Source of the DNA: Escherichia coli
GTDB lineage: Bacteria; Pseudomonadota; Gammaproteobacteria; Enterobacterales; Enterobacteriaceae
Assembly (NCBI RefSeq): GCF_013122565.1
Contig: NZ_CP053258.1
DNA length: 64,000 nt
Strand: one strand, 5' to 3'
A program made the translations under genes and the position numbers. Below are positions 21,871 to 32,209 of this stretch, in pieces; positions within the stretch are counted from its first letter, which is position 1, and each line of letters opens with the position of its first letter. A model generated the notes under the pieces. It was not told the origin of the DNA, searched no databases, and saw nothing but the letters and a program-made list of their open reading frames with translations.

Positions 21871-21910
21871 TGCCGTTCACTGAATCACCACCGGTGAACG
21901 GCAGTTTTTT
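21871..21910 (+). terminator. Rho-independent terminator of tpx
   Basis: TGCCGTTCAC-(13 nt)-GTGAACGGCA hairpin followed by T6. Confidence 0.75.
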
Positions 21911-22017
21911 GATCTACCAGTCCCACTATTTTCCAGAGTTCCTGCCACTATTCCCCCTAACCGTTGTGCATTAAGATTGCTCTTTGCCAATATTGGCCCA
22001 GCGGAGTGATGACTATT

Positions 22018-24060
22018 ATGGATGATAAACAAATTACGGTCTGGCTTAAACACAATTGCTGTTCAACGGACATTCCTGCCATTGCCGAGGCACTAACGAA
22101 CCATGCAGAATGGCTTTTAGAGCTAGCGCCAGATCCTATTGAACAAGGTAGTTCATGTTTACCGCCGACAGCTGCAGCCGGTATTTTTCTTGGCGCAGCG
22201 GCGATGGTTCACTGCGGCGAGGCTAGTGGTGCAGAAACCTGGCTCGAAGCAGCCATTACTGATTACCATTTCTTTAATCCAAATGGATATAGTTCATGGA
22301 GAGGCAGTACGCCTGTTTTTACAGCATTATCGCGTTACCCGGCATTAAGAATGGTGTTATTTAACGCCGCTTGCGCAATGGAAGACTGGAATAAAGCATC
22401 CGCTGTTCTTGAATCGCTTTTCCATGCCAGCGATGTCCCGGAAGATAACCCTGTCGCCCCAAATTTTACCCCTTATGCGCTGAAAGCGTTTATCGCGGAT
22501 TACCACCCGTTAGGACCAGCTCATTATGATGAAACCTGGTTGCTGGCAAAACAAGCGTGGTTAATTAATGCGAGCGTTCTGGATGAGCGAACCTGCAATA
22601 CCTGGAAGCAATATACCCGCCACTTGCGCCATTTGATCCACAATGCACAGTTTGCCGATGCGCTCTCTTTTGTACGCAGTAAAAAAGAACCGTTAAATCA
22701 TATCCATACCTACTCAGACTTTTATCTGTATGCGATTGGTTTATTTTCTTATACTGGTCAGCTAAATGAAGCGCTGACCTGGATAAAACAGTTAATCCAC
22801 AACAATGATGGTCATTTCTGTGATCTTTTCGTTTCAACTGGCAAAGAGCGCCGAATAAAGCCTGAACTTAGTACCTTGCTGAATAATCTCTTGCACAGCG
22901 CAGAGTTTCAGGCGTTGCAGGATAAATATCTCACCGTCGGACATGATGTTGTGCATTCTGGTCCCTTCATGTCAGTTTATGAAAAGGTTCTTGGCGGAAA
23001 GTCCCGAAAGCGCTGCGCGATTAGTCGAAAATTAATCTCGCCCGGCGAAGCGGTTTATGAATATCGTCAGCTGGATAGTGTGGCATATATTGCAGCGAAA
23101 GCGGCCTTTCAGGCATCTGCGCTAAATAATATCGCCCTCCGGCATACAAATGATAGTTATCAGTGGCAGGATTTTGCCGCCCAATGGCCTCGTCGGGGTG
23201 CGCTTTCTCACCCGGATATTGCCCGTTATATGTTTGAGCGCCAGAAAGGGAAATGTTTTGATGCCGCAGAGTTTATTCAACTGATTGCCGAACCGTTTGT
23301 CTTTCCGATGCGTTTCAGATGGGTTGCCGGGTTGTCCTTTGAATTACATCAGTACCCGGATGCCTATTTCGTAAATGACAATATGGCGGGTGAATTTGTT
23401 AATCTCTGCTGGATGGCTATAAAATGCGGACATGCTGGCGACATTTTTAAACAACTGGCGAAGGAGTCGCATGACGTTGCCGACCCTATTTACGCTATGC
23501 TCGCCACGTTTGACCGCGCTGATTGCCGCAGCGCTGCCGCCGCGCACTTTGGACGACCGGAGCTTGCGGAAATAATGGCGCTGGCTTTCAGTTCGAGGTT
23601 ATCGCTCGACAGCGTCCTTACCATCGCTGAGTTTGGTAAAAATCAGCCGCGCTTTTCACATGCGTTGGCAACGGCCCTCCTGCGTTACAACCTGCACATC
23701 TACTCAAACTATATGCCGCAGGTTAACTGGTTCCTTCAGGGGCTGGAACACTATGCTTTGGCAAAAGGCGGTCAACTTTTAAATTTCTTTGTGCATATTC
23801 CAGAACAAATTCCCGTTCTGGCGACCATGCTGGAACATGGCGTATTAGTGCGTGGGATCGGTGAAGGTGCCTATGATGGTTATGATAATTCAGCAAATTC
23901 ATTTCATCATGCCGCCGTGATGCACTGCCTCACGCACGCGCCGGAAAAAGTTCGCTACTGGATGGAAACACCCTGGATTCAGAACTATTTAGTGAATGCG
24001 CCGCTGCGTCAAACGGCGCGCCATGTGGAAGCCTGGCATAAAAAGTTTGGCATCAAATGA
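22018..24060 (+). CDS. Hypothetical protein of about 680 aa with no family I recognise; predicted soluble and alpha-helical. Alternative starts are 22009 (ATG) and 21964 (TTG, track).
   Basis: Uninterrupted 2.1 kb ORF. GGAG at 22003-22006 precedes the ATG codons at 22009 and 22018. I saw no signal peptide, TM segment, Walker A or nuclease motif. By eye it is slightly more AT-rich than its flanks (about 46-50% GC in hand-counted samples). It is absent from my memory of the K-12 tpx-tyrR interval. Confidence 0.8.
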   Translation: MDDKQITVWLKHNCCSTDIPAIAEALTNHAEWLLELAPDPIEQGSSCLPPTAAAGIFLGAAAMVHCGEASGAETWLEAAITDYHFFNPNGYSSWRGSTPVFTALSRYPALRMVLFNAACAMEDWNKASAVLESLFHASDVPEDNPVAPNFTPYALKAFIADYHPLGPAHYDETWLLAKQAWLINASVLDERTCNTWKQYTRHLRHLIHNAQFADALSFVRSKKEPLNHIHTYSDFYLYAIGLFSYTGQLNEALTWIKQLIHNNDGHFCDLFVSTGKERRIKPELSTLLNNLLHSAEFQALQDKYLTVGHDVVHSGPFMSVYEKVLGGKSRKRCAISRKLISPGEAVYEYRQLDSVAYIAAKAAFQASALNNIALRHTNDSYQWQDFAAQWPRRGALSHPDIARYMFERQKGKCFDAAEFIQLIAEPFVFPMRFRWVAGLSFELHQYPDAYFVNDNMAGEFVNLCWMAIKCGHAGDIFKQLAKESHDVADPIYAMLATFDRADCRSAAAAHFGRPELAEIMALAFSSRLSLDSVLTIAEFGKNQPRFSHALATALLRYNLHIYSNYMPQVNWFLQGLEHYALAKGGQLLNFFVHIPEQIPVLATMLEHGVLVRGIGEGAYDGYDNSANSFHHAAVMHCLTHAPEKVRYWMETPWIQNYLVNAPLRQTARHVEAWHKKFGIK

Positions 24061-24097
24061 ACGTTGCCGCTGCGCCTGAACGGCGCAGCCAGCACAA

Positions 24098-25639
24098 TCA
24101 CTCTTCGCTTTTCTTCTGGTTTAAGCCATATTCCCGCAACTTATTGGCAATCGCGGTATGTGAAACACCGAGACGTTTTGCCAGTTTGCGCGTGCTGGGA
24201 TAATTGCGATAAAGCTGAGTTAATACCGAGCGTTCAAAACGGCTGGTAATTTCGTCCAGCGAACCTTCCATCGCATCTTCGCCCACGGCTACCGTTGCGG
24301 CGTCATAATCAGGCAACAAAATATCCTGAGGACGCAGCTCATAACCGTCCAGTTGTGTCAGTGCGCGATAGATAGCGTTCTTTAACTGCCGCACATTTCC
24401 CGGCCACGCATAACGCGTAAGTACAGTATTCAGGTCAGCGGCCAGTTTCGGACGCGGCACGCCCTGCTCGTCGGCAAAGCGGGCGACGAACAGCTCAGTT
24501 AACGGCATGATGTCCTGCGGACAGTCACGTAGCGGTGGCAGATTGAGCGTCAACACGTTCAGACGATAATAGAGATCTTCACGGAACATGCCTTTTTGCA
24601 CCAGTTCGACCAGATTTTTCTGCGTAGCGCAAATCACCCGCACATCGACATGCACCTCATGGTCTTCGCCAACCCGACGGAAAGTGCCATCATTAAGGAA
24701 ACGCAGTAATTTCGCCTGCATCCGTGGTGACATTTCCCCTATTTCATCCAACAGCACCGAACCACCGTTCGCCTGCTCAAAGAATCCTTTCTTCCCTTCC
24801 GGAGCATGACCAAACAGTTCACTCTCGACCGCATCTTCCGGTATAGACGCACAGTTCAGCGCCAGGTAAGGTTTGCCCGCTCTGGGGCTTGCCTGATGGC
24901 AGGCGTAGGCAAAGAGATCTTTACCTGTACCTGTGTCACCCGTAATCAGCAGCGGCGCGCTTAGCATCGCCAGTTTCTGCGCCTGTTCGACAACGTGCTT
25001 CATTTTCGGGCTGACGGCGACAATTTGACTGAAGGCGCTGACGTCCTGGGCGGCGACATTTTGCAACTGGCGGCCCATACGAATCGTTGATCGCAACATC
25101 ACCACCGCACCGGTCAGGACGTGTTGAGCATTTTCATCCTGAAGATAAACAGGCGTAATCTCCATCAGGAAATTCTGCCCATTAATAACGACATGCTCGT
25201 TATGCGAATCTTGCGGTTCGCTTTCCAGCCAACGTAAAAAATTAAAGCCGTTAATCAATTGTGCGGCGGTATGGTTGCGCAGGCGATCCAATTTTTGCCC
25301 AAAAAGCTGACAGCTCGCCGGGTTCGCCATATCCACTTTGCTTTTCATATCGACAGAGAGCACAGGTTCGGGCAACGCCTCCAGTAACGCGCTCAACGCC
25401 AGATGCTCACGTTCGGAAGGCATCCACGGGACAGTACGCACATCGGTAACACCTGCAATACGGCGTATTTCGGCCATCAGACTGCTGAAACTCTCAAACT
25501 CCAGTTCAGCAAAATTGAGGTAGATTCGCCCAATGGGATCAATCTCAATACCGCGTAAATCAATGCCTCTTAGCACGAGTAGATCGAGTAATTCGCGGGT
25601 CAGACCGAGTCGGTCTTCACAAAAGACTTCCAGACGCAT
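24098..25639 (-). CDS. tyrR: Aromatic amino-acid regulator TyrR (513 aa)
   Basis: ACT/PAS domains, sigma54-type AAA+ core (GDTGTGKD, GAFTGA-less variant) and a C-terminal HTH. Matches remembered TyrR. Confidence 0.96.
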   Translation of the reverse strand: MRLEVFCEDRLGLTRELLDLLVLRGIDLRGIEIDPIGRIYLNFAELEFESFSSLMAEIRRIAGVTDVRTVPWMPSEREHLALSALLEALPEPVLSVDMKSKVDMANPASCQLFGQKLDRLRNHTAAQLINGFNFLRWLESEPQDSHNEHVVINGQNFLMEITPVYLQDENAQHVLTGAVVMLRSTIRMGRQLQNVAAQDVSAFSQIVAVSPKMKHVVEQAQKLAMLSAPLLITGDTGTGKDLFAYACHQASPRAGKPYLALNCASIPEDAVESELFGHAPEGKKGFFEQANGGSVLLDEIGEMSPRMQAKLLRFLNDGTFRRVGEDHEVHVDVRVICATQKNLVELVQKGMFREDLYYRLNVLTLNLPPLRDCPQDIMPLTELFVARFADEQGVPRPKLAADLNTVLTRYAWPGNVRQLKNAIYRALTQLDGYELRPQDILLPDYDAATVAVGEDAMEGSLDEITSRFERSVLTQLYRNYPSTRKLAKRLGVSHTAIANKLREYGLNQKKSEE

Positions 25640-25709
25640 GGGAACCTTCACCTGAAAAAAGAACAATTAATATGATGATATGACACTATTTGAATAGCAG
25701 GAAGGTTTC

Positions 25710-25727
25710 TGTCAACAATCATTGACA
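25710..25727 (-). promoter_or_regulatory. TyrR box in the tyrR promoter (autoregulation)
   Basis: TGTCAACAATCATTGACA is an 18-bp perfect palindrome of the TGTAAA-N6-TTTACA class, 71 nt upstream of the tyrR ATG. Confidence 0.8.
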
Positions 25728-25786
25728 CAAAGACGGAAAAACGGGCACTTCGGCGTAAAGATATCCGGTCAGCACCCGATATTGCA

Positions 25787-26848
25787 TTATTTTTCGCTGG
25801 GCGTTTTGCCTTTTTGCAGCGTTTCTTTCACCTGACCGATAAGCTGACGACGGAAATCCCCAAGGCGAGGTTTGTCATCGTCAATCCACGGCAGCGGGCG
25901 GCAAAGCTCCATAGCTTTAATCCCGAGTCGTGCCGTCAGAAGTCCAGCACCAATTCCCTGAGCTGCGCGGGTAGACAAACGAGCAGCGAGATCTTGCGAC
26001 ATCCAGTCCATCCCCACTTCGCGCACCAGTTCGCTGGCTCCGGCGAAAGCGATATTCAGCAATACCAGCTTGAACAGGCGCAAACGGCTGTAATACCCCA
26101 GTTCAATGCCATACAGCGTGGCGATGCGATTAATCAAACGCAGATTGCGCCAGGCGATAAATGCCATATCCACTAGCGCCAGCGGGCTGACCGCAATCAT
26201 CAACGTTGATTCCGCTGCCGAACGGCTGATTTCGCGCCGCGCCTGGGCATCTAAAACTGGCTGGACCAAATGCGCATACAAACTGACCACTTCACGGTCG
26301 TTTTGCGTTTCATGGATTGAGGCATACCAGCGTTGCAGCGCCGGATGTGACTGATCGATGCCCGCCTTCTGCGCCAGTTTTTCGCAAAATGCGCGGCCTT
26401 TGCCGGTTCCGTGGCTATGCAATAAATCACGCGCTTCGTCGCGTTCATGGGCGCGCTGTCGCAAGCGCCATAAGCGCCGCCACTCTGTTACCACGGAACC
26501 TACGCCAGCGCCGATAATCAATGCCCCAGCGGCACATCCACCCAGCGCTACCCAGTCCTGGGTTTGCCAGGCATTCATTGTCCACTGTATACCCTGCCCG
26601 ACAACGCTTGCGCCAAACAGAGCCAGCCCGCCCATCACCATTTTGCGCCACAGGCTGCGTTTCGGACGTAACGCTGCGTCCATTACCGCTTCGACTTGCC
26701 CCTCTTCTTCCTGCGCTTCATCGAGCGTGGCCGGGGCAAAATTTTGCGCCTGATTTTCGTCAAAGGTCTGCTGCGCCCTGAATTTTGGATTCTGATCGAC
26801 CTCCAGCGGACCGTCGAAATCAATACGTGGTTTTAACGGTTCGGTCAT
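25787..26848 (-). CDS. ycjF: Inner-membrane protein YcjF (UPF0283/DUF697, 353 aa)
   Basis: Central TM helices. The ATGA overlap indicates coupling to ycjX. Matches remembered YcjF. Confidence 0.9.
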   Translation of the reverse strand: MTEPLKPRIDFDGPLEVDQNPKFRAQQTFDENQAQNFAPATLDEAQEEEGQVEAVMDAALRPKRSLWRKMVMGGLALFGASVVGQGIQWTMNAWQTQDWVALGGCAAGALIIGAGVGSVVTEWRRLWRLRQRAHERDEARDLLHSHGTGKGRAFCEKLAQKAGIDQSHPALQRWYASIHETQNDREVVSLYAHLVQPVLDAQARREISRSAAESTLMIAVSPLALVDMAFIAWRNLRLINRIATLYGIELGYYSRLRLFKLVLLNIAFAGASELVREVGMDWMSQDLAARLSTRAAQGIGAGLLTARLGIKAMELCRPLPWIDDDKPRLGDFRRQLIGQVKETLQKGKTPSEK

Positions 26849-28242
26849 CGCAATTTATCTCCTATTAAAAATTCCAGCGCAGCATCAAGACGAATATGCG
26901 GTAGTGGTTTGTCGACATCCATCACCTGCGGACGAAATGCCTCAAACTGGAAGCCTTGCTTATCCCAGAACGCCTGACCAGGCAAACGTGCGGGAACTTC
27001 GCCAGGATAAACAGTGAGCGGTGCGCCATCGCTGAGTCGATTACCGCGCAGCGCCGGGATTTTCTCACCGTTAACATCAATAATGCCGCTGGTGGTCGCC
27101 TGAACTGACGCCAGCCCCAGGCAGTCCATGCTGATCCCTTCGAACGCCGCATTTTGCCAGGCATCCTGAATCAGTTGTTGCAGTAATGAAACCATATTAG
27201 CGTGCTGATCGATGGTCACATGGTCCGCTTTAGTAGCAGCAAACAATAGCTTATCGATAACCGGCGAAAACAAACGCCGGAACAGGGTACGCTGCCCGTA
27301 GTGAAAACTTTGCATCAGCTGCGTCAGCGCCAGACGCATATCATTAAATGCCTGTGGCCCACTGTTGAGAGGTTGCAGGCAGTCCACCAGCACAATCTGG
27401 CGGTCAAAGCGCAGAAAATGATTCTTATAGAACCCCTTCACCACCTTCTCGCAATAATAATTAAAGCGCTCGCGCAGCATTCCGGCATTGGTATGCTTGT
27501 CGGCCTGCGCCAGTTTGGACTCACCCCAGACATCGACATCCGGCCACGGGAAGAATTGCAGCGCGGGCGCACCTGCCATATCTCCCGGCAAGACAAAGCG
27601 CCCAGGCTGAATAAAGTGCAGCCCCTGCTGTTTACAGTGGTGGAGATAATCAGTCCAGGCGGTGGCAATGTCTGCCAGCCGGTTTTCGTCGGCAGGCGCT
27701 AGCGGGTCCAGCCCTTCGCACATCATTCGCCATTTCGCCGACCACACGCCGCGCTGACCATTGAGTAAGCCCGTCATCTGGCGCGACCAGCTTAAATAGT
27801 CCTGCGCCAGCATCGGCAGGTCGAGCAACCATTCGCCGGGATAATCCACAATCTCCAGATACAGCGTGGAGGTGTCCTTAAAGTGGCGTAGCAGCGAATC
27901 GTTCGATTTAAAACGTAACGCCAGGCGAATTTCGCTGACGCCGCGCGTTGGCGTTGGCCAGGCGGGTGGATTGCCGTACAGCTGCGCCAGCCCTTCATCA
28001 TAGGTGAAGCGCGGAATGCCAAAGTCACGCTGGGGAATGCGTTTTACGCCCAGCAGGCGCTCTTCACGCACCGCGCTTAACAGCGGCAAACGTGCTCCGG
28101 CGTGAATATTGAGCAACTGATTGACCATCGCAGTGATAAACGCCGTTTTGCCGCTGCGGCTAAGTCCGGTTACGGCGAGGCGCAGATGTCTGTCGACACC
28201 CCGATTCACCAGCGCATTAAGTTCATTTTTAAGTCGCTTCAT
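26845..28242 (-). CDS. ycjX: P-loop NTPase YcjX (DUF463, 465 aa)
   Basis: Walker A is [34 protein letters not shown]... matches remembered YcjX. The track start at 28368 adds 42 aa. Confidence 0.9.
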   Translation of the reverse strand: MKRLKNELNALVNRGVDRHLRLAVTGLSRSGKTAFITAMVNQLLNIHAGARLPLLSAVREERLLGVKRIPQRDFGIPRFTYDEGLAQLYGNPPAWPTPTRGVSEIRLALRFKSNDSLLRHFKDTSTLYLEIVDYPGEWLLDLPMLAQDYLSWSRQMTGLLNGQRGVWSAKWRMMCEGLDPLAPADENRLADIATAWTDYLHHCKQQGLHFIQPGRFVLPGDMAGAPALQFFPWPDVDVWGESKLAQADKHTNAGMLRERFNYYCEKVVKGFYKNHFLRFDRQIVLVDCLQPLNSGPQAFNDMRLALTQLMQSFHYGQRTLFRRLFSPVIDKLLFAATKADHVTIDQHANMVSLLQQLIQDAWQNAAFEGISMDCLGLASVQATTSGIIDVNGEKIPALRGNRLSDGAPLTVYPGEVPARLPGQAFWDKQGFQFEAFRPQVMDVDKPLPHIRLDAALEFLIGDKLR

Positions 28243-28292
28243 TGCTGTCCTGTGCTGCTCTGAAGACCAGAAAAACATGTGTAAGGATACAA

Positions 28293-28320
28293 ATGTGGGG
28301 GCCATGCCATTGATTATCAA
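28293..28320 (-). promoter_or_regulatory. Putative sigma32 heat-shock promoter of ycjX-ycjF
   Basis: The minus strand reads TTGATAA-13 nt-CCCCACAT (consensus CTTGAAA-N13-17-CCCCATNT). ycjX is a known RpoH regulon member. Confidence 0.5.
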
Positions 28321-28394
28321 CTGGCCCGTGTTGTCATCCACGGACGAACTCCATAAGATGTGCACCATTCACGTTCGGACGGAGTTCCTTATCT

Positions 28395-29393
28395 ATGTCC
28401 CCTACTATTTATGATATCGCCAGGGTTGCGGGCGTATCAAAATCTACCGTATCACGCGTGCTGAATAAGCAAACTAATATCTCCCCGGAAGCGCGCGAAA
28501 AAGTGTTACGGGCCATTGAAGAATTAGAGTATCAACCAAACAAGCTGGCCCGTGCGCTCACCTCTTCCGGTTTTGATGCGATTATGGTTATTTCTACCCG
28601 TTCCACGAAAACCACGGCGGGTAATCCTTTTTTCTCTGAAGTTCTACATGCCATCACCGCCAAAGCTGAAGAAGAAGGTTTCGACGTGATATTGCAAACG
28701 TCGCACAATCCTGCGGAAGACTTACAAAAATGTGAAAGCAAAATTAAGCAGAAAATGATTAAAGGCATTATTATGCTAAGTTCGCCAGCGGATGAGTCAT
28801 TTTTTGCCCAACTCGATAAATACGATATTCCGGTGGTGGTAATTGGCAAAGTTGAAGGTCAATATGCCCATGTTTATTCTGTCGATACCGATAATTTTGG
28901 CGACAGCATTGCGCTAACCGATGCGTTAATTGAAAGTGGGCATCAAAATATTGCCTGCCTTCATGCACCGCTTGATGTCCATGTTTCGGTTGATCGGGTT
29001 AATGGTTATAAGCAGAGTCTGGAAGATCATAATATTGCAGTGCGTGATGAATGGATCGTTGATGGCGGTTATACCCATGAAACAGCACTGCAAGCAGCAC
29101 GGCAATTATTAAGTCAGTCACCGTTGCCAGAAGCCGTATTTGCCACTGACAGTCTGAAATTAATGAGTATTTATCGTGCGGCGGCAGAGAAAAATATTGC
29201 TATTCCGCAGCAGTTAGCGGTGGTGGGTTATAGTAATGAAACGCTGTCGTTTATTTTAACGCCTGCACCAGGCGGCATCGATGTCCCGACGCAGGAGTTA
29301 GGGCAACAAAGCTGTGAGTTATTATTCCGCTTAATTGCCGGAAAACCGTCACCACAAAATATTACCGTTGCCACGCATATGACGCTGAAATAA
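28395..29393 (+). CDS. ycjW: LacI-family repressor YcjW (332 aa)
   Basis: N-terminal HTH ([20 protein letters not shown]) plus a periplasmic-binding-protein-like fold. Matches remembered YcjW. Confidence 0.93.
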   Translation: MSPTIYDIARVAGVSKSTVSRVLNKQTNISPEAREKVLRAIEELEYQPNKLARALTSSGFDAIMVISTRSTKTTAGNPFFSEVLHAITAKAEEEGFDVILQTSHNPAEDLQKCESKIKQKMIKGIIMLSSPADESFFAQLDKYDIPVVVIGKVEGQYAHVYSVDTDNFGDSIALTDALIESGHQNIACLHAPLDVHVSVDRVNGYKQSLEDHNIAVRDEWIVDGGYTHETALQAARQLLSQSPLPEAVFATDSLKLMSIYRAAAEKNIAIPQQLAVVGYSNETLSFILTPAPGGIDVPTQELGQQSCELLFRLIAGKPSPQNITVATHMTLK

Positions 29394-29413
29394 ATACCAG
29401 CTACCTTGCCTGA

Positions 29414-29491
29414 ATGCCGGATGCGATGCTGGCGCATCTTATCCGGCCTACATTTATAGACCGGATAAAGTACTCGCGCCGCATCCGGCAA
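29414..29491. repeat. BIME (two inverted REP units) between convergent ycjW and ompG
   Basis: TGCCGGATGCGATGCTGGCGCATCTTATCCGGCCTAC and ACCGGATAAAGTACTCGCGCCGCATCCGGCA. Confidence 0.85.
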
Positions 29492-29503
29492 TTTAACCCA
29501 TTA

Positions 29504-30409
29504 TCAGAACGAGTAATTTACGCCGACACCTGCATAATGGAATTTATCGCTGTCGCCTTCGTCGTGATTCTGCCACTCAAACGCGTATTCCAGCGAAACG
29601 GAAAGTCCGTTCTGGAAATCATAACCGTAAAATAAACCCACACGGTTAAAATCATGGCCTTCACGTTCAATATCATCCTGCCAGTCCCAGTTACTCCAGC
29701 GATCCAGCCCAATGCGTGTATACGGCGTCACCGAGTGGTTGCCGAGCGTCAGCGGCAAATAGGCGCGAATTTCTTGCGTGGAAAACTCACCGTTATTGCG
29801 GCTGTCGTCCATATTGAAGCCGCGCTCGAGATAATAGTTCACTCGCAAAGCAACCGTTTCGTTGAAGGTATATTGCAGACCTGTTTCCGTTTCTACACGG
29901 GTATCAGCGTAACCGGTCGTGTCCAGATCGTTGGCAAATTTATACATCGACAACCAACCGTTGAAACGTAAATCGTCAGTCAGTTTCACATCCCAGTCTG
30001 GCGCGATTTTCCAGCGCTGCATATTCGCCGTGTCTTTACCCGGTTCATCAACGTAGTGATAACCATAATTACGGAAACCGCCGGTCAGGCCGAAACTGAA
30101 ATCATCGCTTTCGAGGAACTGATAATGCACCTCCAGCTCCGGGCGATCAAACCACGTTCCACGTTTACCCGCGCTATAATCTACCGGCCCTTCCTGATAA
30201 TAGGCCAAAGAAATTCTCCACGGCCCGTTGGCAGCATTAAAATAGACAGAAGGCTCCGCCAGCCCATCCATATCTTCGCCATAACCCTCGACGTTTTCTA
30301 TTTCGTACATCGCGCCGATATTAAAGTGCCAGTCATTCTTTTCCTCTGCCTGTGCGCAGGCCATTCCCGCACACATCACCAGTGCGGTACAGGGTAATAA
30401 CTTTTTCAT
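29504..30409 (-). CDS. ompG: Monomeric 14-strand porin OmpG (301 aa)
   Basis: Signal peptide MKKLLPCTALVMCAGMACA and C-terminal ...GVGVNYSF. Matches remembered OmpG. Confidence 0.95.
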   Translation of the reverse strand: MKKLLPCTALVMCAGMACAQAEEKNDWHFNIGAMYEIENVEGYGEDMDGLAEPSVYFNAANGPWRISLAYYQEGPVDYSAGKRGTWFDRPELEVHYQFLESDDFSFGLTGGFRNYGYHYVDEPGKDTANMQRWKIAPDWDVKLTDDLRFNGWLSMYKFANDLDTTGYADTRVETETGLQYTFNETVALRVNYYLERGFNMDDSRNNGEFSTQEIRAYLPLTLGNHSVTPYTRIGLDRWSNWDWQDDIEREGHDFNRVGLFYGYDFQNGLSVSLEYAFEWQNHDEGDSDKFHYAGVGVNYSF

Positions 30410-30453
30410 TATTGTTCCTTGTATTATCCTGGGGGAATGCCTTCCCCCTGTAT

Positions 30454-31536
30454 TTAGCGAATTGCTATTTCCGTTTCTGCATCAAAGAAATGACATTTAG
30501 TCATATCAAAATGAATAGTGATATTTTCTCCTGCATGATAATCATTCAACGCACCAGCACGGACCACTAACTCGTGCCCCCCAACCGTGGTGTAGAGCAT
30601 AAATTCCGCACCGGTTAATTCTGCCACGCTAATTTTGGCGGAAATCTTATTTTCCTCTTGCGCGTCCGGATGAATATCTTCCGGGCGTATTCCCATCACG
30701 ATGGGCTTATGCAAACTTTCCTGTGTTTTCAGAACCGCTAATTTCTCTTCGGGAATGGTTAATTTAAGCGTTTCCGTAACGAATTTATCGCCATCGATCG
30801 TGCCACGAATAAAATTCATCGCCGGTGATCCAATAAATCCGGCAACAAACATATTCGCTGGTTGGTTATAAACCGTTTTCGGCGCACCAACTTGCTGAAC
30901 AATCCCATCCTTCATAATCACAATCCGCGTCGCCATGGTCATCGCTTCGGTCTGATCGTGGGTCACGTAGATCATGGTGGTATTCAGCTTCTGGTGCAGC
31001 TTGCTGATCTCTGCGCGCATTTGCACGCGCAGCTTGGCATCAAGGTTAGAGAGCGGTTCATCCATTAAAAACACGCCCGCTTCGCGCACAATCGCCCGCC
31101 CGAGCGCCACACGCTGGCGTTGCCCGCCGGAAAGCGCGCCCGGCTTGCGTTTCAGGTACTCTCGCAGGCCGAGAATTTGCGCCGCCCAGTTCACCCGCTC
31201 ATCAATCACCTCTTTGGCGATTTTTTGCATCTTCAGGCCAAACGCCATGTTGTCGTAGACCGTCATATGCGGATACAGCGCATAGTTCTGGAACACCATC
31301 GCGATATTGCGCTCTTTAGCCGGAACGTCATTCATTCGTTTGCCGTCGATCAACAGATCGCCGCCGCTGATCTCCTCAAGCCCGGCAATCATGCGAAGGG
31401 TGGTCGACTTACCGCAGCCTGACGGGCCGACAAACACGATGAACTCTTTATCGGCAATTTCCAGGTTGAAGTCCTTCACCACATGCACCTGGTTATCGTA
31501 GATTTTTTGAATATGTTGTAACGAAAGCTGTGCCAT
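30454..31536 (-). CDS. ycjV: MalK-like ABC transporter ATPase YcjV, intact at 360 aa
   Basis: Walker A (GPSGCGKST), signature (LSGGQRQR), Walker B (FLMDEPLS) and a C-terminal MalK-type regulatory domain, all in one uninterrupted frame. Confidence 0.93.
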   Translation of the reverse strand: MAQLSLQHIQKIYDNQVHVVKDFNLEIADKEFIVFVGPSGCGKSTTLRMIAGLEEISGGDLLIDGKRMNDVPAKERNIAMVFQNYALYPHMTVYDNMAFGLKMQKIAKEVIDERVNWAAQILGLREYLKRKPGALSGGQRQRVALGRAIVREAGVFLMDEPLSNLDAKLRVQMRAEISKLHQKLNTTMIYVTHDQTEAMTMATRIVIMKDGIVQQVGAPKTVYNQPANMFVAGFIGSPAMNFIRGTIDGDKFVTETLKLTIPEEKLAVLKTQESLHKPIVMGIRPEDIHPDAQEENKISAKISVAELTGAEFMLYTTVGGHELVVRAGALNDYHAGENITIHFDMTKCHFFDAETEIAIR

Positions 31537-31549
31537 GTTGATTCCTTTG

Positions 31550-32209
31550 CTATACGTTTTGCCAGAAGGCCGATAACCGCGGCCAGGTCAGGGAGTCCGT
31601 TGAGGGCAACAGTAATTGCGCCCCGGTTAAGCCCGCGCCGATCCCCACCGAGCGCATACCGCTGGCGTTAATGGCGTCAATGCCCGCCTGCGCATCTTCA
31701 ATGCCGATACATGCCTGCGGCGGCACGCCCAGCCCGGCACAGGCAGCGAGAAAGATTTCCGGATCCGGTTTCGAGTTTTTAAGTTGGGAAGCATCCGCGC
31801 AGAAGGTGAAAAACTCGCGCAGCTCCAGCGCCGCTAAAATCGTCGGCGCATTCAGGGAGACGGAAGCCAGCCCTACCGGAATCTGCTGTGCACGGAGCTC
31901 TGCCAGCAAATTGCGAATACCGGGCAGCACAGCATTAACCGTCAGCTCGCGCAGTGAGTGGACGTAAAGCAGATTTTTGCGATACGCCAGTTGCGCCCGC
32001 TCCTGCGGGTTAAAGTCGCCCTCTTTGCCCCCGTGTTGCAGAATGCGCCGCAGAGACTCATCGCGGCTGATCCCTTTTAGGGATTCGTTAAACTGCGCAT
32101 CAATGCTGATGCCAATTTCAGCGGCAATCTGCTGCCACGCCTGGAAATGCAGATGCGCGGTATCGGTGATTACACCATCCAGATCGAAAATTACCCCTTG
32201 CAGTTTCAT
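31550..32209 (-). CDS. ycjU: Beta-phosphoglucomutase (219 aa)
   Basis: HAD motif DLDGVITDT. Matches remembered YcjU/PgmB. Confidence 0.93.
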   Translation of the reverse strand: MKLQGVIFDLDGVITDTAHLHFQAWQQIAAEIGISIDAQFNESLKGISRDESLRRILQHGGKEGDFNPQERAQLAYRKNLLYVHSLRELTVNAVLPGIRNLLAELRAQQIPVGLASVSLNAPTILAALELREFFTFCADASQLKNSKPDPEIFLAACAGLGVPPQACIGIEDAQAGIDAINASGMRSVGIGAGLTGAQLLLPSTDSLTWPRLSAFWQNV

